The notes below the pieces were generated by a model, which was given only the letters and a program-made list of their open reading frames with translations, did no database searches and was not told the DNA's origin. Positions 11,260 through 20,180 of a DNA stretch of 64,000 bases are shown here, piece by piece (within the stretch, counting starts at the first letter, position 1; every line of letters begins with the position of its first letter). Where the stretch lies: assembly GCA_003280965.1 (NCBI GenBank), contig QCDI01000005.1, positions 60,131 to 124,130 on the forward strand. Reading direction: 5' to 3'. Origin of the DNA: Prochlorococcus sp. AG-355-B18 (GTDB lineage: Bacteria > Cyanobacteriota > Cyanobacteriia > PCC-6307 > Cyanobiaceae). The position numbers and the translations under genes are program-made.

Positions 11260-11346
11260 TCATTTTCTTCTATTTTTGATATTTAAAAATAAGTTTATAT
11301 AGTTTGCAATAACTAATAAAAGCAAAAGGAATGTATTAATAGACAT
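11260..11346 (-). CDS. Putative 28-aa membrane peptide (not in ORF track)
   Basis: Hand translation MSINTFLLLLLVIANYINLFLNIKNRRK: hydrophobic core with basic tail. Confidence 0.4.
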   Translation of the reverse strand: MSINTFLLLLLVIANYINLFLNIKNRRK

Positions 11347-11456
11347 TTAAAATAGGGTCGTTATAACCTTTAATTTAGATCTACTGTCAATCGATGGATA
11401 TTTGTTTCAAAAAATTTTTTTTACAAATTTCAAAAGATATTTAAGACTATATTCCT

Positions 11457-11687
11457 TTGGTTAATAAATTGATTTTGAAAAACTCTATTTCTCTTGTTCC
11501 TTTTCTTTCGATGATAATTCTTACATTGGGATGTTCAAATAAACCCGCAGAAAAAGAAATGAAAATGCCAATTTTATTTGATACCAGAGAACAGGCAGAA
11601 AAAGAAGCCTATAAATTTGGTTGCAAAGGAGCTCATCAAATGGGGAATAAATGGATGTCATGTAATATGCACAAACATAACCATTAA
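11457..11687 (+). CDS. Small putative lipoprotein with DUF3721-like domain
   Basis: Signal ending LTLG-C; F.T..QAE..A..FGC.GAH.MG.KWM.C resembles DUF3721 (WMPC motif); His-rich end. Confidence 0.7.
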   Translation: MVNKLILKNSISLVPFLSMIILTLGCSNKPAEKEMKMPILFDTREQAEKEAYKFGCKGAHQMGNKWMSCNMHKHNH

Positions 11688-11861
11688 AACGAGTGTTTAA
11701 TCTCTCCATTTTTTATTAACTTAGAATAATTTTATTTTTGGCGAGATTTGCTTCACCTTTTATTAAAGAAGTTTTTGAGGAAATATATTTTATCTTCTGT
11801 AATTCCCACAAAACAAGTTATGGCAATAGGTTTAGTTATGACAAAATAGGTATGGTTAATC

Positions 11862-13085
11862 TTAATTAATTTCATCCCACCATTCAAACATGGAGATAAG
11901 AATTTGATTGCTAAGTTCCATACCTTGGGGATCACTTAAAAAGAATCTATTACCATTTTTTACTAGTAGTCCACTTTCAAGAAATCTTTCCCATTTAGAA
12001 AGCAATTTTCTAAGATTACTTTCCAATTTTTTATTTTCCCAGTTTTGTTCTTCAAAAAATTTGTAAATATCTATACCCTCTTTTAATCTCAAACCCAACA
12101 TTATTTTCTCATCCAATTCTTGATAAACATAATCAATATTATTAAGAGATGAATCTAAACTAAGTTTGTATTGCCCCATTACCCATTCTTTGTATTCTTT
12201 ACTAACTCTTGGTCTAGTTAGCTTTTGCCCCCAGGGTGAACTAGTGGAACCTTGCCCAAAACCCCACCAACCCAAACCACTCCAATAAACTCTATTATGT
12301 CTGGATTGATGCTTAGGGAGACAATAATTTGAAATTTCATATCTTGAGTATCCTGAGTTTTTTAAAATTAAATGAGTTGTTTCACTATTTTTGAAAGCCA
12401 GTTCATCACTTGGAAGTTGTAATTTTCCTAAATTAACTAGTTTCTTAAAAACAGTTCCATTTTCTATATTTAAATCGTATATGGAAATATGAGGTGGTGA
12501 AAATGTTATTGCTTTTTTTAAATCCTCTTTCCATTCTCTAAGTCCACTAAGCGGCAAGTTCTGAATTAAATCTAAGCTCCAGCTTTTTATTAACCCAGCA
12601 CTATATACTTTTTTCAACCACAAGCAAGATTTTTCAGCATCTTCTCTCAAATGTCTCCTCCCAGACTTTTGAAGAATTTGATTATCAAAACTTTGCACTC
12701 CAAGACTAAATCTATTTATCCCAGCATTTATAAATCCATGAAGATCGTCAAGATTAAAACTTGCGGGGTCAACTTCCATAGTGATTTCAGCACCATAGTC
12801 AACTCCATAATTTTCTTTAAAAAGATCAATTAATTGTTTAATTTGTTGAGGATCTAGTATTGATGGTGTACCACCACCAACATAAATTGTCGAAAGAGAT
12901 GATTTATGCTTAATTGACAATATTTCTTTGTATAAAAAGTGCAAATATTCTTTAACAGTTTTGCTTCCATAACCTTGCAAAGTTTCAACTTTGTTTCCTA
13001 ATGGAATAACAGCGAAATCACAATAAAAGCACCTTCTATGGCAAAAAGGGATGTGTACGTAAGCACTTCTCGGAAACTTATTCAT
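11862..13085 (-). CDS. hemW: Radical SAM heme chaperone HemW (HemN-like)
   Basis: YVHIPFCHRRCFYC, GGGTPS, YEISN, HNRVYW (HemW-type motif). Confidence 0.85.
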   Translation of the reverse strand: MNKFPRSAYVHIPFCHRRCFYCDFAVIPLGNKVETLQGYGSKTVKEYLHFLYKEILSIKHKSSLSTIYVGGGTPSILDPQQIKQLIDLFKENYGVDYGAEITMEVDPASFNLDDLHGFINAGINRFSLGVQSFDNQILQKSGRRHLREDAEKSCLWLKKVYSAGLIKSWSLDLIQNLPLSGLREWKEDLKKAITFSPPHISIYDLNIENGTVFKKLVNLGKLQLPSDELAFKNSETTHLILKNSGYSRYEISNYCLPKHQSRHNRVYWSGLGWWGFGQGSTSSPWGQKLTRPRVSKEYKEWVMGQYKLSLDSSLNNIDYVYQELDEKIMLGLRLKEGIDIYKFFEEQNWENKKLESNLRKLLSKWERFLESGLLVKNGNRFFLSDPQGMELSNQILISMFEWWDEIN

Positions 13086-13181
13086 AATTTCGATACATTT
13101 TAGAGCTCCAAAAATCTAATAAGGATCGAAAAAAATAAAATCCTTATTTACTCAATTAATAAATCCTTGTAGATTAGGTAT

Positions 13182-14291
13182 ATGTCAGATATCTTAGTAC
13201 TAATTTTATTTGTATTGTCTGGAGCTGCTTCAGGATGGCTTGGGGTTGATTTATTGCCAGTAGACATACTCAAACAGGTATCTAATGTAGAGGGTTTTAG
13301 AATCGTTTTAGCAATAATTGGTTTTTTCATTGGTTTAGCTGCTGGTTTTGTATTCTTACAACTTAGAAAGACCTTCCTTGATCAAATAAGGACAATGCCT
13401 ACAGATTTATTAATTAGTAGATCCGTTGGCTTAATTTTAGGATTACTTGTTGCGAATCTCCTTCTTGCTCCAATACTTTTAATTCCCTTTCCAAGGGAAG
13501 TCTTTTTTGCAAAACCCTTAGCAGCTATATTAAGCAATATTTTCTTTGGAGTACTTGGTTACAAGTTAGCAGATACTCATGGCAGGACATTACTGAGATT
13601 ATTTAACCCCAATAATACGGATGCATATCTTGTTAACGAAGGAATACTCCCTGCTGCAAGTCCAAAAATTCTTGATACCAGTGTAATTATTGATGGAAGA
13701 ATAAATGGTTTATTGAGTTGCGGCTTGTTAGAAGGGCAATTAATTGTTGCTCAAAGTGTAATTGATGAATTACAAACTTTAGCAGACTCAAGCAGCAATG
13801 AAAAAAGGTCTAAAGGCAGAAGAGGTCTAAAATTGTTGAAAGAACTAAGAGATTTATACGGAAGAAGACTTGTAATTAATCCAACAAAGTATGAAGGGAA
13901 TGGGGTAGATGAAAAACTCTTGAAAATTACTGAAGATATGACAGGAACTCTGATTACGGCAGACTATAATCTTTCTCAGATTGCAGAAGTTAAAGAATTA
14001 AAAGTTATGAATTTGAGTGATTTGGTTATTGCTTTAAGACCAGAAGTACAGCCAGGAGAATCACTTAATATAAAAATCGTGAGAGAAGGAAAAGAAAAAA
14101 TGCAAGGTATTGGCTATCTAGATGATGGAACAATGGTTGTTATTGATGAAGCAAAGAATTTTGTTGGAAGCAGATTAGATATTGTAATCACAGGAGCACT
14201 ACAAACTCCTACTGGAAGAATGGTCTTTGGAAAACTTATAAATAATCCTGAGTCAAACAAATCTTTTAAATCACCAGCGACACAGGGCTAA
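13182..14291 (+). CDS. Membrane PIN/TRAM-domain protein (YacL family)
   Basis: N-terminal TM helices, LDTSVIIDGRI PIN motif, C-terminal TRAM (GYLDDGTMVV). Confidence 0.9.
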   Translation: MSDILVLILFVLSGAASGWLGVDLLPVDILKQVSNVEGFRIVLAIIGFFIGLAAGFVFLQLRKTFLDQIRTMPTDLLISRSVGLILGLLVANLLLAPILLIPFPREVFFAKPLAAILSNIFFGVLGYKLADTHGRTLLRLFNPNNTDAYLVNEGILPAASPKILDTSVIIDGRINGLLSCGLLEGQLIVAQSVIDELQTLADSSSNEKRSKGRRGLKLLKELRDLYGRRLVINPTKYEGNGVDEKLLKITEDMTGTLITADYNLSQIAEVKELKVMNLSDLVIALRPEVQPGESLNIKIVREGKEKMQGIGYLDDGTMVVIDEAKNFVGSRLDIVITGALQTPTGRMVFGKLINNPESNKSFKSPATQG

Positions 14292-14322
14292 ATGTAGCTA
14301 GAATCAGTTCAATCTTAATTTT

Positions 14323-14994
14323 GTGATACAAATGACTGTATCTGCTCCTTATTACGGCGAAAACACCGTTATGAGGACCCCGCCCCCTGATCTACCATCT
14401 CTGTTACTTAAAGAGAGAATTGTCTATCTTGGTTTACCATTATTTTCAGATGATGATGCCAAAAGACAATTAGGAATGGATGTTACTGAGCTAATCATTG
14501 CTCAACTTCTTTATCTAGAGTTTGAGGATCCAGAAAAACCTATCTATTTTTATATAAACTCAACAGGGACAAGTTGGTACACTGGTGACGCAGTTGGTTT
14601 CGAAACAGAAGCTTTCGCTATCTGCGATACAATAAGTTATATCAAGCCACCAGTTCATACAATCTGTATCGGACAAGCGATGGGAACTGCCGCAGTTATC
14701 CTTTCATCAGGCACAAAGGGGCAAAGAGCTGCCCTACCGCACGCCTCTATTGTTTTGCATCAACCTATAAGTGGAGCAAGAGGTCAAGCAACAGATATCC
14801 AAATAAGGGCTGAGGAAGTTCTAAAAAACAAAAAATCAATGCTCGAAATTTTATCCCGTAATACTGGTAAGACTATCGAAGAACTATCTAAAGACTCAGA
14901 CAGGATGAGTTATCTTAATCCTCAAGAAGCCTTAGATTATGGAGTTATCGACAGAATACTCACAAGTCAAAAAGATTTACCAAAAAAAATTTAA
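14323..14994 (+). CDS. clpR: Non-catalytic Clp protease subunit ClpR
   Basis: PPDLPSLLLKERIVYLG; catalytic Ser absent (GQAMGTAA). Confidence 0.9.
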   Translation: MIQMTVSAPYYGENTVMRTPPPDLPSLLLKERIVYLGLPLFSDDDAKRQLGMDVTELIIAQLLYLEFEDPEKPIYFYINSTGTSWYTGDAVGFETEAFAICDTISYIKPPVHTICIGQAMGTAAVILSSGTKGQRAALPHASIVLHQPISGARGQATDIQIRAEEVLKNKKSMLEILSRNTGKTIEELSKDSDRMSYLNPQEALDYGVIDRILTSQKDLPKKI

Positions 14995-15020
14995 CTCTCA
15001 CAAAAAACTAATTTAAAAAC

Positions 15021-15632
15021 ATGCCAATAGGAACTCCAAGCGTGCCCTACAGACTTCCAGGAAGTCAATACGAAAGATGGGTTGACATATACACAAGACT
15101 AGGTGTTGAAAGAATTCTTTTTCTTGGTCAAGAAGTTAACGATGGTATTGCTAACAGCCTTGTTGCACAAATGCTTTATCTTGATTCTGATGACAATTCC
15201 AAACCTATTTACCTATATATAAATAGCCCAGGAGGCTCAGTAACCGCAGGCTTGGCTATATACGACACTATTAAATATGTAAAAAGTGATGTAGTTACTA
15301 TATGCGTTGGACTGGCAGCCTCCATGGGTGCGTTCTTATTGGCCGCTGGCACAAAAGGTAAAAGAGTTGCTTTACCTCACAGTAGAATAATGATTCATCA
15401 ACCCCTTGGAGGAACATCTCAACGTCAAGCAAGTGATATTGAAATAGAAGCTAAGGAAATTTTAAGAATTAAAGACATGTTAAACATGTCTATGGCTGAT
15501 ATGACAGGTCAATCATTCGAGAAGATTGAAAAGGATACAGATAGAGATTATTTTCTAAGCGCAGAAGAGGCAAAAAACTATGGCCTAATTGATAGAGTAA
15601 TCACACATCCAAGTGAGGCAAATCAGGCCTAA
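15021..15632 (+). CDS. clpP: Clp protease proteolytic subunit (ClpP3 type)
   Basis: YINSPGG, GLAASMG, MIHQP, DRD catalytic triad; paired with clpR. Confidence 0.96.
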   Translation: MPIGTPSVPYRLPGSQYERWVDIYTRLGVERILFLGQEVNDGIANSLVAQMLYLDSDDNSKPIYLYINSPGGSVTAGLAIYDTIKYVKSDVVTICVGLAASMGAFLLAAGTKGKRVALPHSRIMIHQPLGGTSQRQASDIEIEAKEILRIKDMLNMSMADMTGQSFEKIEKDTDRDYFLSAEEAKNYGLIDRVITHPSEANQA

Positions 15633-15742
15633 ATTTTCTAAATTAATATTTTAATTTTAATTTTTAAATTAATAATTTATTGGTTTATTTACACCTTTAA
15701 TGTCTAAAATATTAATTATCAAATGCAAAGAAGTTACAACTA

Positions 15743-16732
15743 ATGACACAACTCTTTTACGACACAGATGCAGATCTAAGCCTTTTAAATAACAAAACAA
15801 TAGCGATAATCGGATATGGTTCACAAGGTCATGCACATGCCTTAAACCTTAAAGATAGCGGTATGGATGTAATTGTAGGATTGTATAAGGGAAGTAAGTC
15901 TGAAAGCAAAGCCATCAGCGATGGTCTACAAGTATTTAGTGTTTCCGAAGCTTGCGAAAAAGCTGACTGGATAATGATTCTCCTCCCCGATGAGTTTCAA
16001 AAAGATGTTTACCTCAAAGAAATAGAACCAAACCTAAAAGAAGGAAAGATATTAAGTTTTGCTCATGGTTTTAATATAAGATTCGGACTTATCAAACCTC
16101 CTAATTTTGTAGATGTTGTAATGATTGCTCCAAAAGGACCTGGACACACTGTTCGTTGGGAATACCAGAATGGTCAAGGCGTTCCTGCATTATTTGCTGT
16201 AGAGCAGGATTCTTCTGGAAGTGCTAGATCGTTAGCGATGGCTTATGCTAAAGGTATTGGTGGAACAAGAGCTGGGATACTCGAAACAAATTTCAAAGAA
16301 GAAACAGAAACCGATTTATTTGGAGAACAAGCCGTTTTATGTGGAGGCTTATCAGAACTAGTCAAATCAGGCTTCGAAACTCTTGTAGAAGCAGGATATC
16401 AACCAGAACTTGCTTACTTCGAATGCTTACATGAAGTTAAACTTATTGTTGATCTAATGGTGAAGGGCGGCTTATCTCAAATGAGAGATTCCATTTCAAA
16501 TACTGCAGAATATGGAGATTATGTTAGTGGCAAAAGACTTATTAATAGTGATACAAAGAGAGAAATGCAGAAAATTCTAAAAGATATTCAAGATGGGACT
16601 TTCGCTAAGAATTTTGTAGAAGAATGCGATAGAAATAAGCCCTTAATGGCAAAATTAAGAGAAGAGAACTCAAAACATGAAATTGAGAAAGTAGGTAAAG
16701 GGTTGCGCTCTATGTTCAGTTGGCTGAAATAA
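15743..16732 (+). CDS. ilvC: Ketol-acid reductoisomerase
   Basis: [22 protein letters not shown]. Confidence 0.98.
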   Translation: MTQLFYDTDADLSLLNNKTIAIIGYGSQGHAHALNLKDSGMDVIVGLYKGSKSESKAISDGLQVFSVSEACEKADWIMILLPDEFQKDVYLKEIEPNLKEGKILSFAHGFNIRFGLIKPPNFVDVVMIAPKGPGHTVRWEYQNGQGVPALFAVEQDSSGSARSLAMAYAKGIGGTRAGILETNFKEETETDLFGEQAVLCGGLSELVKSGFETLVEAGYQPELAYFECLHEVKLIVDLMVKGGLSQMRDSISNTAEYGDYVSGKRLINSDTKREMQKILKDIQDGTFAKNFVEECDRNKPLMAKLREENSKHEIEKVGKGLRSMFSWLK

Positions 16733-17748
16733 ATTTATTTTTAATATTTCTTGGGTCGATAGGTTTTGATTTATTGATAGGGGATCCAAGATTCTTAATC
16801 CACCCTGTTCAAATTATTGGCTTTTTCATAAAAAAAATATCTGATTACCTCATAAATAATTTTGGGAAAAATAAAAAGATATTATTTTGGGGCGGTTTCA
16901 TTGTCGCTATATCTACTATTGGAATTAGCTTAAGTTTAGGAAAATTGATAGAACTCAGTTATGTGCAATCAAGAAATCAAGTTTTTAGTGGATTTTTAAT
17001 TTTTTTAGGACTATCAAGTTGTATTGCTACTAAAGGACTGATTTCAAGTGTTAAAGAGATCGCAATGCTAATTGAACGTAAGGAAATTAATGAAAAAAAT
17101 AAGATCATAATCAAAGAAAAGGTTCAAAGAATAGTTAGTAGGGATGTAAGTTCCTCTTCTATAGAACATCTTTTGAGATCAAGCACCGAGAGTCTTACTG
17201 AAAATTCGGTTGATGGAATATTTGGGCCATTATTTTGGATTTTTATTGGAATTATTTTTATGAAGTTCTCGATTTTTTTGCCAGGACCCCTATCACTTGG
17301 TTTCTCTTACAAAGCAATAAGTACTTTAGATTCAATGATAGGTTACAAATATGATTACTTTAGATATTTAGGTTTTTTTAGTGCAAGAATCGAAGATATT
17401 TTTACGTTTGTTCCTTCAAGATTAGTTTTAATCACTTTACCTTTAGCTAGTTCTAAAGTTAATGAATATATATCAATCATTAAAAAAAGTTATCTTGATG
17501 GTAAAAAATATGATTCGCCTAATGCTGGGATTTCGGAAGCTATATTTGCACATATTTCTAATATTAAATTAGGGGGGGAAAGTAAATATAAAAATGAAAT
17601 TATTGAAAAGCCAATAATCAATGCTAGTGGAGAAATTTGCAGTGGCGAGAAAATTAAATTAATTTGTCAATTAATTTTGAGATTACAATTTTTATGGATA
17701 ATAATGTTTATTTTAATTTTTTTTATAATTTCGAGTTTAATTCACTAA
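16720..17748 (+). CDS. cbiB: Adenosylcobinamide-phosphate synthase CbiB/CobD
   Basis: [34 protein letters not shown]. Confidence 0.92.
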   Translation: MAEINLFLIFLGSIGFDLLIGDPRFLIHPVQIIGFFIKKISDYLINNFGKNKKILFWGGFIVAISTIGISLSLGKLIELSYVQSRNQVFSGFLIFLGLSSCIATKGLISSVKEIAMLIERKEINEKNKIIIKEKVQRIVSRDVSSSSIEHLLRSSTESLTENSVDGIFGPLFWIFIGIIFMKFSIFLPGPLSLGFSYKAISTLDSMIGYKYDYFRYLGFFSARIEDIFTFVPSRLVLITLPLASSKVNEYISIIKKSYLDGKKYDSPNAGISEAIFAHISNIKLGGESKYKNEIIEKPIINASGEICSGEKIKLICQLILRLQFLWIIMFILIFFIISSLIH

Positions 17749-17789
17749 TAAAATAGTTTAAAAATATTAGTATAAACAAAAAAGAATCT

Positions 17790-18008
17790 ATGCAAGAAAA
17801 AGACTCTCTTATGGAAAATCAAAATGATAATGAAGATTCAAAATGGGTAGACAATCAGGGAGATGAAGTAAAGAATGTTTTTGGATTTAACAGTAGCGCT
17901 GAGCTTGTGAATGGCAGAGCAGCTATGATAGGGTTCTTAATGCTTATATTAACTGAATTGGTTTTGAGCGGCAGGCCTGTGACTTCTTCAATTTTTGGTA
18001 TCAATTAA
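17790..18008 (+). CDS. hli: High-light-inducible protein (start possibly ATG 17811)
   Basis: AELVNGRAAMIGF chlorophyll-binding motif followed by one TM helix. Confidence 0.92.
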   Translation: MQEKDSLMENQNDNEDSKWVDNQGDEVKNVFGFNSSAELVNGRAAMIGFLMLILTELVLSGRPVTSSIFGIN

Positions 18009-18010
18009 AA

Positions 18011-18223
18011 ATGGAAGAAAAAAAATCTAATTCAATAAAAGTAATCCTATACATATCTATATGGGTAATAATTTGGGGAACACTAGGTTCTTTCATAGAT
18101 TATCCTCTTTATAAAAATAAAATTTACTTAGAAGGAAGCATATATCAGTATCTTACTTTCACAGTTACAGCAATAATATCCGTAATAGGTGCAAAGTTTT
18201 TTTATAAAAAATTTGAGTTATAA
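18011..18223 (+). CDS. Small two-TM hypothetical protein
   Basis: ATG 2 nt after the hli stop; two hydrophobic segments. Confidence 0.65.
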   Translation: MEEKKSNSIKVILYISIWVIIWGTLGSFIDYPLYKNKIYLEGSIYQYLTFTVTAIISVIGAKFFYKKFEL

Positions 18224-18475
18224 AAATTTATACCTAAATTTCTTAATAATTTTAGCTGGTTCTTTTTTTTCATTTGACTCGTAGAGTATCCATTGATGTG
18301 TTTCGGTATCATGATCACAACCATAATTTCCCGATAGATTATCGTAACTTGAAAGATATGAATGACAATTCTGATCTGCCTCAAAAGCAGAGTCATAGCC
18401 GGTTAGAAAATATATCAAAAATAGAAGTATTACTAACATTAAAAATACTTGAAAAACTAAATTTAGTAACTTCAT
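18218..18475 (-). CDS. Small membrane-anchored hypothetical protein
   Basis: N-terminal TM, Cys pair, GCDHDTETHQW segment. Confidence 0.7.
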   Translation of the reverse strand: MKLLNLVFQVFLMLVILLFLIYFLTGYDSAFEADQNCHSYLSSYDNLSGNYGCDHDTETHQWILYESNEKKEPAKIIKKFRYKFL

Positions 18476-18530
18476 GAGAATTTCTAAAATTTTAATATAT
18501 CATTTAAGAAAATTTTCAATCTAAAAATGT

Positions 18531-18776
18531 TTAACGGCCAACATTAAAAACAAATTCATGAAATTCTTGATTCTTTAAATAAAGGATGACTAGCAATATT
18601 AAAATCATATTTAAGCCTAGTACTATTGATCCAAAAATATTTATTTGTTTTTTACCTGGCAAAGTGTAAGTAAATTTCTTACCTTTAAGAAAAGATTTTA
18701 AGCCTTTTCTTTCTTTTTTTGATTCTTTTATTTCAGCATCTTTTTTAACTTCATTATCAGAGAAACCTTTTACCAT
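18531..18776 (-). CDS. Small hypothetical protein with C-terminal TM
   Basis: Lys-rich N-terminus, hydrophobic C-terminal helix. Confidence 0.7.
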   Translation of the reverse strand: MVKGFSDNEVKKDAEIKESKKERKGLKSFLKGKKFTYTLPGKKQINIFGSIVLGLNMILILLVILYLKNQEFHEFVFNVGR

Positions 18777-18831
18777 TTCAACTTTAAAACCAAATTTTAT
18801 AATATTCCAAAAAAATAAAATTTTTTTATAA

Positions 18832-19143
18832 TTAACAATTTTTAATCACATATGGGATCATAAATGAAATTCTCTCATTTGAGAAATTTTTTAAAAAATA
18901 AGCTTCAATAATTGCTGACTGCATTCCCAATAAACTTGATTGACATTTGAATCTATTTTGGTCAAATACAACTAATTGAAGTCTTTCTATTTTAGAAACT
19001 AACTCTTTACAGACTTGGGGTTGAGAATCTTTAATACAATCACTAGATTCTTTTAAAATCTTGGATTTTGTTGGTATTGTTTCTGCCATAACAAAATTAG
19101 ATAACAACAAAAATTTTAGGAATAAAAAAATTAAACATTTCAT
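18832..19143 (-). CDS. Secreted Cys-containing hypothetical protein
   Basis: Signal peptide ending VMA; four Cys in the mature part including the terminal residue. Confidence 0.7.
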   Translation of the reverse strand: MKCLIFLFLKFLLLSNFVMAETIPTKSKILKESSDCIKDSQPQVCKELVSKIERLQLVVFDQNRFKCQSSLLGMQSAIIEAYFLKNFSNERISFMIPYVIKNC

Positions 19144-19219
19144 TACTTATTAAGACTTCAAAATTTAAGATAACTTTTTAAGAGTTTTGGTCATTGAGCT
19201 AAAGGCATTTTATTGAAAT

Positions 19220-19248
19220 AAAAAAAAGATGCTCTTAATGAGCACCTT
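19220..19248 (-). terminator. Intrinsic terminator of hup
   Basis: Minus strand GGTGCTC-ATTAA-GAGCATC followed by a T run. Confidence 0.75.
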
Positions 19249-19278
19249 GGTATTAAAGAGAGAAATAGGTTAAAAAGT

Positions 19279-19554
19279 TTAGCCTTGAACTCTATCCTTA
19301 AAAAGTTTACCTGCTGAGAATGTTGGAACTCTTTTAGCAGGTATTGCTATTTTTTCGCCTGTCTTAGGGTTTAATCCCTGTCTTGCAGAACGATCTCTTG
19401 GCTCGAAAGAACCAAATCCTAGTATGGAGACTTTTTTGCCTTCCACTACTGAATCAACAATAGTTTCAATAGCTGCATCAACAACTAAAGAAACATCCGT
19501 TTTTGTGAGCTCTGTACGAGCAGCAACAAGATTTACTAAATCAGCTTTGTTCAT
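19279..19554 (-). CDS. hup: Histone-like DNA-binding protein HU
   Basis: MNKADLV, GFGSF, RQGLNPKTG, PTFSAGK. Confidence 0.97.
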   Translation of the reverse strand: MNKADLVNLVAARTELTKTDVSLVVDAAIETIVDSVVEGKKVSILGFGSFEPRDRSARQGLNPKTGEKIAIPAKRVPTFSAGKLFKDRVQG

Positions 19555-19776
19555 TGAATTGTTTGTAAAGCAGAGATTTGTAGAAAAGAGTTTTAGTCAA
19601 GCCTAAAAACCTCGAACTTGCATATCATATGGAGCAAATACAAATACGGCAACCGAAAATGCCGGCGGCGCAAAGCTTTATACAAATCTTAGGGACATAT
19701 TTAGCTATATTATTTGTTTTTTTAGCGGCATATTTTTCTAAAATAAAAAATGGCCTCTTAAATTAGAAAACAGGCA

Positions 19777-19799
19777 AAACCCTTGGTAACACTAGATTT
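19777..19799. promoter_or_regulatory. Candidate protein-binding site (9-5-9 imperfect inverted repeat) upstream of hup
   Basis: AAACCCTTG-GTAAC-ACTAGATTT; near-copy upstream of ftsZ. Confidence 0.4.
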
Positions 19800-20180
19800 A
19801 GTCTTAAAAATCTAACTTCATTTATCAAAGGAAGAAATGTCAAAGAGTCGTGAAGTTCATAATTTGGAGAATTTATTATGTTTTATTAATTTTCAGATAT
19901 ATTTCCTTCTCATCACATGAAAAAGCATGATTTGTATTTTGAAATCAAGAAAAATCTGTTTTTCTCATTATTAAATTTTCTCTCTAAATCGTTCTATGCA
20001 CTAAGCAAATGGATGATTAAATTGCAATATAATTAGAAAATCAATACTCTCCAAAATCTAATAAATTTAATTAGTGAAACCTTAAATTTAAGTTTTTTTT
20101 TTAATTTTGCATCTATTATTCAAATATCAGTAATTTGAATAAATTATCTCAATATTTAACTAATCAATGATAAAGAGAAA

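Noticed and set aside
11753..11935. 60-aa minus-strand ORF overlapping the hemW 3' end
   Set aside because: Out-of-frame overlap with hemW and no recognisable features
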